This document shows, one piece after another, positions 61,376 to 64,000 of a stretch of DNA of 64,000 bases. Numbering within the stretch: the stretch's first letter is position 1; every line of letters starts with the position of its first letter. Source of the DNA: Burkholderiales bacterium (lineage in GTDB: Bacteria; Pseudomonadota; Gammaproteobacteria; Burkholderiales; SG8-41). The stretch is from contig DATFWO010000285.1 of assembly GCA_035259205.1 (NCBI GenBank), positions 5,987 through 69,986 on the forward strand, given 5' to 3'. A program made the translations under genes and the position numbers. The notes below the pieces were generated by a model. The model saw only the letters and a list, made by a program, of their open reading frames with translations. It ran no database searches and was not told where the DNA came from.

Positions 61376-63094
61376 ATGGCAACCCGCACTGCCGCGCATT
61401 TCCTGCTGGAAGGCCTCGTCGAGATGGGCATGGAGTATCTCTTCGCAAATCTCGGCACGGACCATGTTTCGATAGTCGAAGAATTGGCGCGGTGGCGCCG
61501 GGAAGGCCGCGCGGACCTGCAGGTCGTGCTGTGCCCGCACGAGAACGTCGCGGTTCACATGGCTGGCGGTTACGCGGCGATAACCGGCCGCGGTCAGCCC
61601 GTCCTGGTGCACGTGGACGTCGGCACGGCCAACTCGGGCAACGCCATGCACAATCTGTTCCGCTCCCGCTTGCCGGTATTCCTGATGGCGGGAAGGTCAC
61701 CCTATACCGTGCGCGGCGAGCTGCCCGCGTCGCGTGACAATTATGTGCAGTTCGTTCAGGACCCGTACGACATCGCAAGCCTCGCGCGGCCCTACGTGAA
61801 ATGGGAGTACACGCTCAATTCCGGAGTCGTGACCAAGGAAGTTCTACGACGCGGACAGGCCGTCATGGATAGCGATCCACCGGGCCCGGTCTACCTGACG
61901 CTGCCGCGGGAGACCCTCGCCGAGACGCTGGACGGCAATGCGGTGCGGTCGTTTCCCGAGTCGCGTTACGGCCCCGTCGCTGCCCGCGGCTGCGATGCCG
62001 CGATGGCGCGCAGCATCGCCGATCGCCTGCTTTCGGCCGCGCACCCGATCGCTATCACGAGCTACCTGGGCCGCAGGCCGGAAGCGCCTGCCGTTCTGGA
62101 CGCGCTCGCGCGCGAGTGCGGAATCGCGATCTACGAATCCCACGCGTTCCACGTCAACATACCCCGCGATTCCCCGTGCCTCGCCGGATTCGAGCCGGGG
62201 CACGCCCTGCAAGAGGCGGACGTCGGGATGCTGCTCGATGTGGACGTGCCGTGGCTGCCGCAGTTCGCGCGGGAGAATCCGCGCACCTACTGGATGCAGG
62301 TCGACGTGGACGCCGTCAAGAAGGATTTCCCCATGTGGGGCTTCGCGGCGGACTTGCGCGTCCAGGGCGATTGCGCGACGGTGCTCGGGCAGGTGCTGGA
62401 GATCGTGCGCGCCAACGCGGACCCTGCATTTCGGGCGCGCGTGGCTCAGCGCATGAAGTGCCTGGAGGCCGACCGGCAGAAGCGCCAGGACGGCATCGCC
62501 GCAGCGGCGTCGCGGCCCGGCAAGCACGGCGCGATTTCCCCCGATTACCTGTGCGCGGCACTAAACAAGGCGATCGGGCCCGACGATATCGTCATCAACG
62601 AGGCAATCCGCAATTCGCTCGCAGTCATGAACCAGATCCCGCGCACCCGCCCGCAGACCATGCTGGGAAACGGCGGCAGCGGCCTCGGCTTCAGCGGTGG
62701 CATGGCGCTCGGCGTGAAGCTCGCGCGTCCAAACCGACGCGTCGTGCAGATCGTCGGTGATGGCAGCTTCCATTTTTCCACGCCGGATTCGGTCTATTCG
62801 GTCGCTCAGGAATATCACCTGCCCATTTTCACGGTGGTGCTCGACAACGGCGGCTGGGGTGCGGTCAAGGCTTCGACACTGCGCGTGTATCCGGACGGCG
62901 TGGCCAAGGAGACCGATAACTTTCAGGCCCGGCTTGGGGTGGAACGCCGATTTGAGCGGGTCGCACAAGCTTTCGGCGCCTTCGGCGCGTCGGTCGACGA
63001 CCCTGCCCAGCTCGACGACGCGATCCAGCGCTGCCTCGCCGCCGTCGACAGCGGCCAGTCTGCGGTGCTGGCAGCGCGCGTCACGCCTCTCTAG
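61376..63094 (+). CDS. Thiamine-diphosphate enzyme (acetolactate synthase large-subunit-like)
   Basis: 572 aa. N-terminal Pyr domain (..HENVAVHMAGGYAAITG..) and C-terminal GDGSFHFSTPDSVYSVAQEYHLPIFTVVLDNGGW (ThDP motif GDG...N). Confidence 0.85.
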   Translation: MATRTAAHFLLEGLVEMGMEYLFANLGTDHVSIVEELARWRREGRADLQVVLCPHENVAVHMAGGYAAITGRGQPVLVHVDVGTANSGNAMHNLFRSRLPVFLMAGRSPYTVRGELPASRDNYVQFVQDPYDIASLARPYVKWEYTLNSGVVTKEVLRRGQAVMDSDPPGPVYLTLPRETLAETLDGNAVRSFPESRYGPVAARGCDAAMARSIADRLLSAAHPIAITSYLGRRPEAPAVLDALARECGIAIYESHAFHVNIPRDSPCLAGFEPGHALQEADVGMLLDVDVPWLPQFARENPRTYWMQVDVDAVKKDFPMWGFAADLRVQGDCATVLGQVLEIVRANADPAFRARVAQRMKCLEADRQKRQDGIAAAASRPGKHGAISPDYLCAALNKAIGPDDIVINEAIRNSLAVMNQIPRTRPQTMLGNGGSGLGFSGGMALGVKLARPNRRVVQIVGDGSFHFSTPDSVYSVAQEYHLPIFTVVLDNGGWGAVKASTLRVYPDGVAKETDNFQARLGVERRFERVAQAFGAFGASVDDPAQLDDAIQRCLAAVDSGQSAVLAARVTPL

Positions 63095-63142
63095 GTTCTG
63101 AAGGCGTGATGAGTGGCGTTCATAACTAAACGAGGGGAAAGC

Positions 63143-64000
63143 ATGCCTATGGCTCCTGGCCGCGCCGCCGTGCTGCTCTTGTTATACGCGGCGGCGCCGC
63201 CACTGCTCGCCCAGCAGTATCCGTCGAAACCGATCCGCTACGTCGTGCCGTTTCCGCCCGCAGGGGCTACGGACATACTCGCGCGCTTCGTTGCCGAAAA
63301 GCTGGTACCGGTCCTCGGGCAGCAGGTCGTGGTCGAGAACCGCCCCGGCGTCTCCGGGAACCTCGGCATGGAGCACGTAGCAAAGAGCGCGCCGGACGGC
63401 TATACGATCGTCATGTGCACCGCGGCGCAGTTCATCAACGAGACTCTCTACCCCAAGATTGCCTTCTCTCTCCCGCGCGATTTCGTCGCGATCGGACTGG
63501 TCGCGCACGTGCCCAACATCATGGAGGTGCACCCGTCGGTACCGGCGCGGACCGTTAAGGAATTCATCGCGCTCGCAAAACAGAAACCGGGCCAGATGAA
63601 CTACGCTTCTTCGGGCAGCGGCACATCCATACACATGTCCGCGGAGCTGTTCCAGATGATGACGGGCACCAAGATGCTGCACGTGCCGTACAAGGGCAGC
63701 GCCCCGGCCTTGATCGACCTGATGGCGGGACAGACTCAGGTGATGTTCGATAACCTGCCTCCGTCCATGCCGTATATCAAGACCGGCAGGCTGCGTCCCA
63801 TCGCAGTCACCACCGCAAAGCGCTATCCCGGGATGCCCGATATACCCACGATCGCCGAGTCGGGCGTGCCAGGCTATGAGGCAGTCGCGGCGTTCGGGGT
63901 CCTGGCTCCAGCGGGCACGCCGCGCGACATCGTAGTGAGGCTGAACAGCGAGATCAACCGCGCCATCAGACTGCCCGACATGCAGGAGCGCTTCGCCCAG
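63143..64000 (+). CDS. Bug/TctC-family periplasmic solute-binding protein, C-terminally truncated by window end
   Basis: Manual translation from ATG 63143 (GAGGGG upstream): MPMAPGRAAVLLLLYAAAPPLLAQQYPSKPIRYVVPFPPAGATDI, ENRPGVSGNLG, PDGYT, YASSGSGTSIHM, HVPYKG. Open to the window end (286 codons). Confidence 0.85.
   Translation, partial: MPMAPGRAAVLLLLYAAAPPLLAQQYPSKPIRYVVPFPPAGATDILARFVAEKLVPVLGQQVVVENRPGVSGNLGMEHVAKSAPDGYTIVMCTAAQFINETLYPKIAFSLPRDFVAIGLVAHVPNIMEVHPSVPARTVKEFIALAKQKPGQMNYASSGSGTSIHMSAELFQMMTGTKMLHVPYKGSAPALIDLMAGQTQVMFDNLPPSMPYIKTGRLRPIAVTTAKRYPGMPDIPTIAESGVPGYEAVAAFGVLAPAGTPRDIVVRLNSEINRAIRLPDMQERFAQ

Overview
High-GC (roughly two-thirds G+C by eye, not computed), densely coding bacterial chromosomal segment. 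I call 55 protein genes (two cut by the window edges) and one candidate 15-codon uORF. I found no rRNA, tRNA, CRISPR, transposase/integrase or recognisable transcription factor. Many ORFs in the six-frame track are Arg/Ala/Gly/Pro-rich shadow ORFs and were discarded. Several track ORFs were trimmed to internal starts supported by RBS, signal peptides or stop/start overlaps. The content is a catabolic gene collection: 12 orphan Bug/TctC-type periplasmic binding proteins, 5 amidohydrolase-2 (ACMSD/decarboxylase-type) genes, 1 amidohydrolase-3, 3 single-domain MetE-like Zn-alkyltransferase paralogues, 2 MmgE/PrpD, 2 ThDP enzymes and 2 SDRs. It also holds hydantoinase A/B, a PuuE-like deacetylase, an LLM monooxygenase, a HisD paralogue, an EntE-like aryl-AMP ligase, a Rieske oxygenase, a 2OG oxygenase, a UbiD decarboxylase and a TRAP transporter. 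This looks like uptake and degradation of (aromatic) carboxylates and cyclic amides, which is inference. Best candidate for an undescribed system: the co-oriented minus-strand cluster 39972-49245. It combines a Tat-exported amidohydrolase, an EutA-family ASKHA ATPase with extreme His-rich tails at both ends (no eutBC present), a permease-less ABC pair, a bicupin, two monocupins and a HupE/UreJ metal permease. I interpret it as a metal-acquisition and insertion module serving cupin enzymes (inference). Second signal: almost every 3' intergenic region carries a degenerate short-period (7, 10 or 14 nt) tandem array. Many are built as two mutually complementary arms (long hairpins), and several supply the last codons and stop codon of the flanking gene. 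Other oddities: a collagen-like (Gly-X-Y) mini-lipoprotein, tandem Tat/lipobox amidohydrolase-2 paralogues, a perfect 16-nt AT-only palindrome in a divergent promoter, and a basic uORF with consensus SD ahead of an SD-less dctQ. Bug-family expansion is known from Burkholderiales, but taxonomy cannot be settled from this window.
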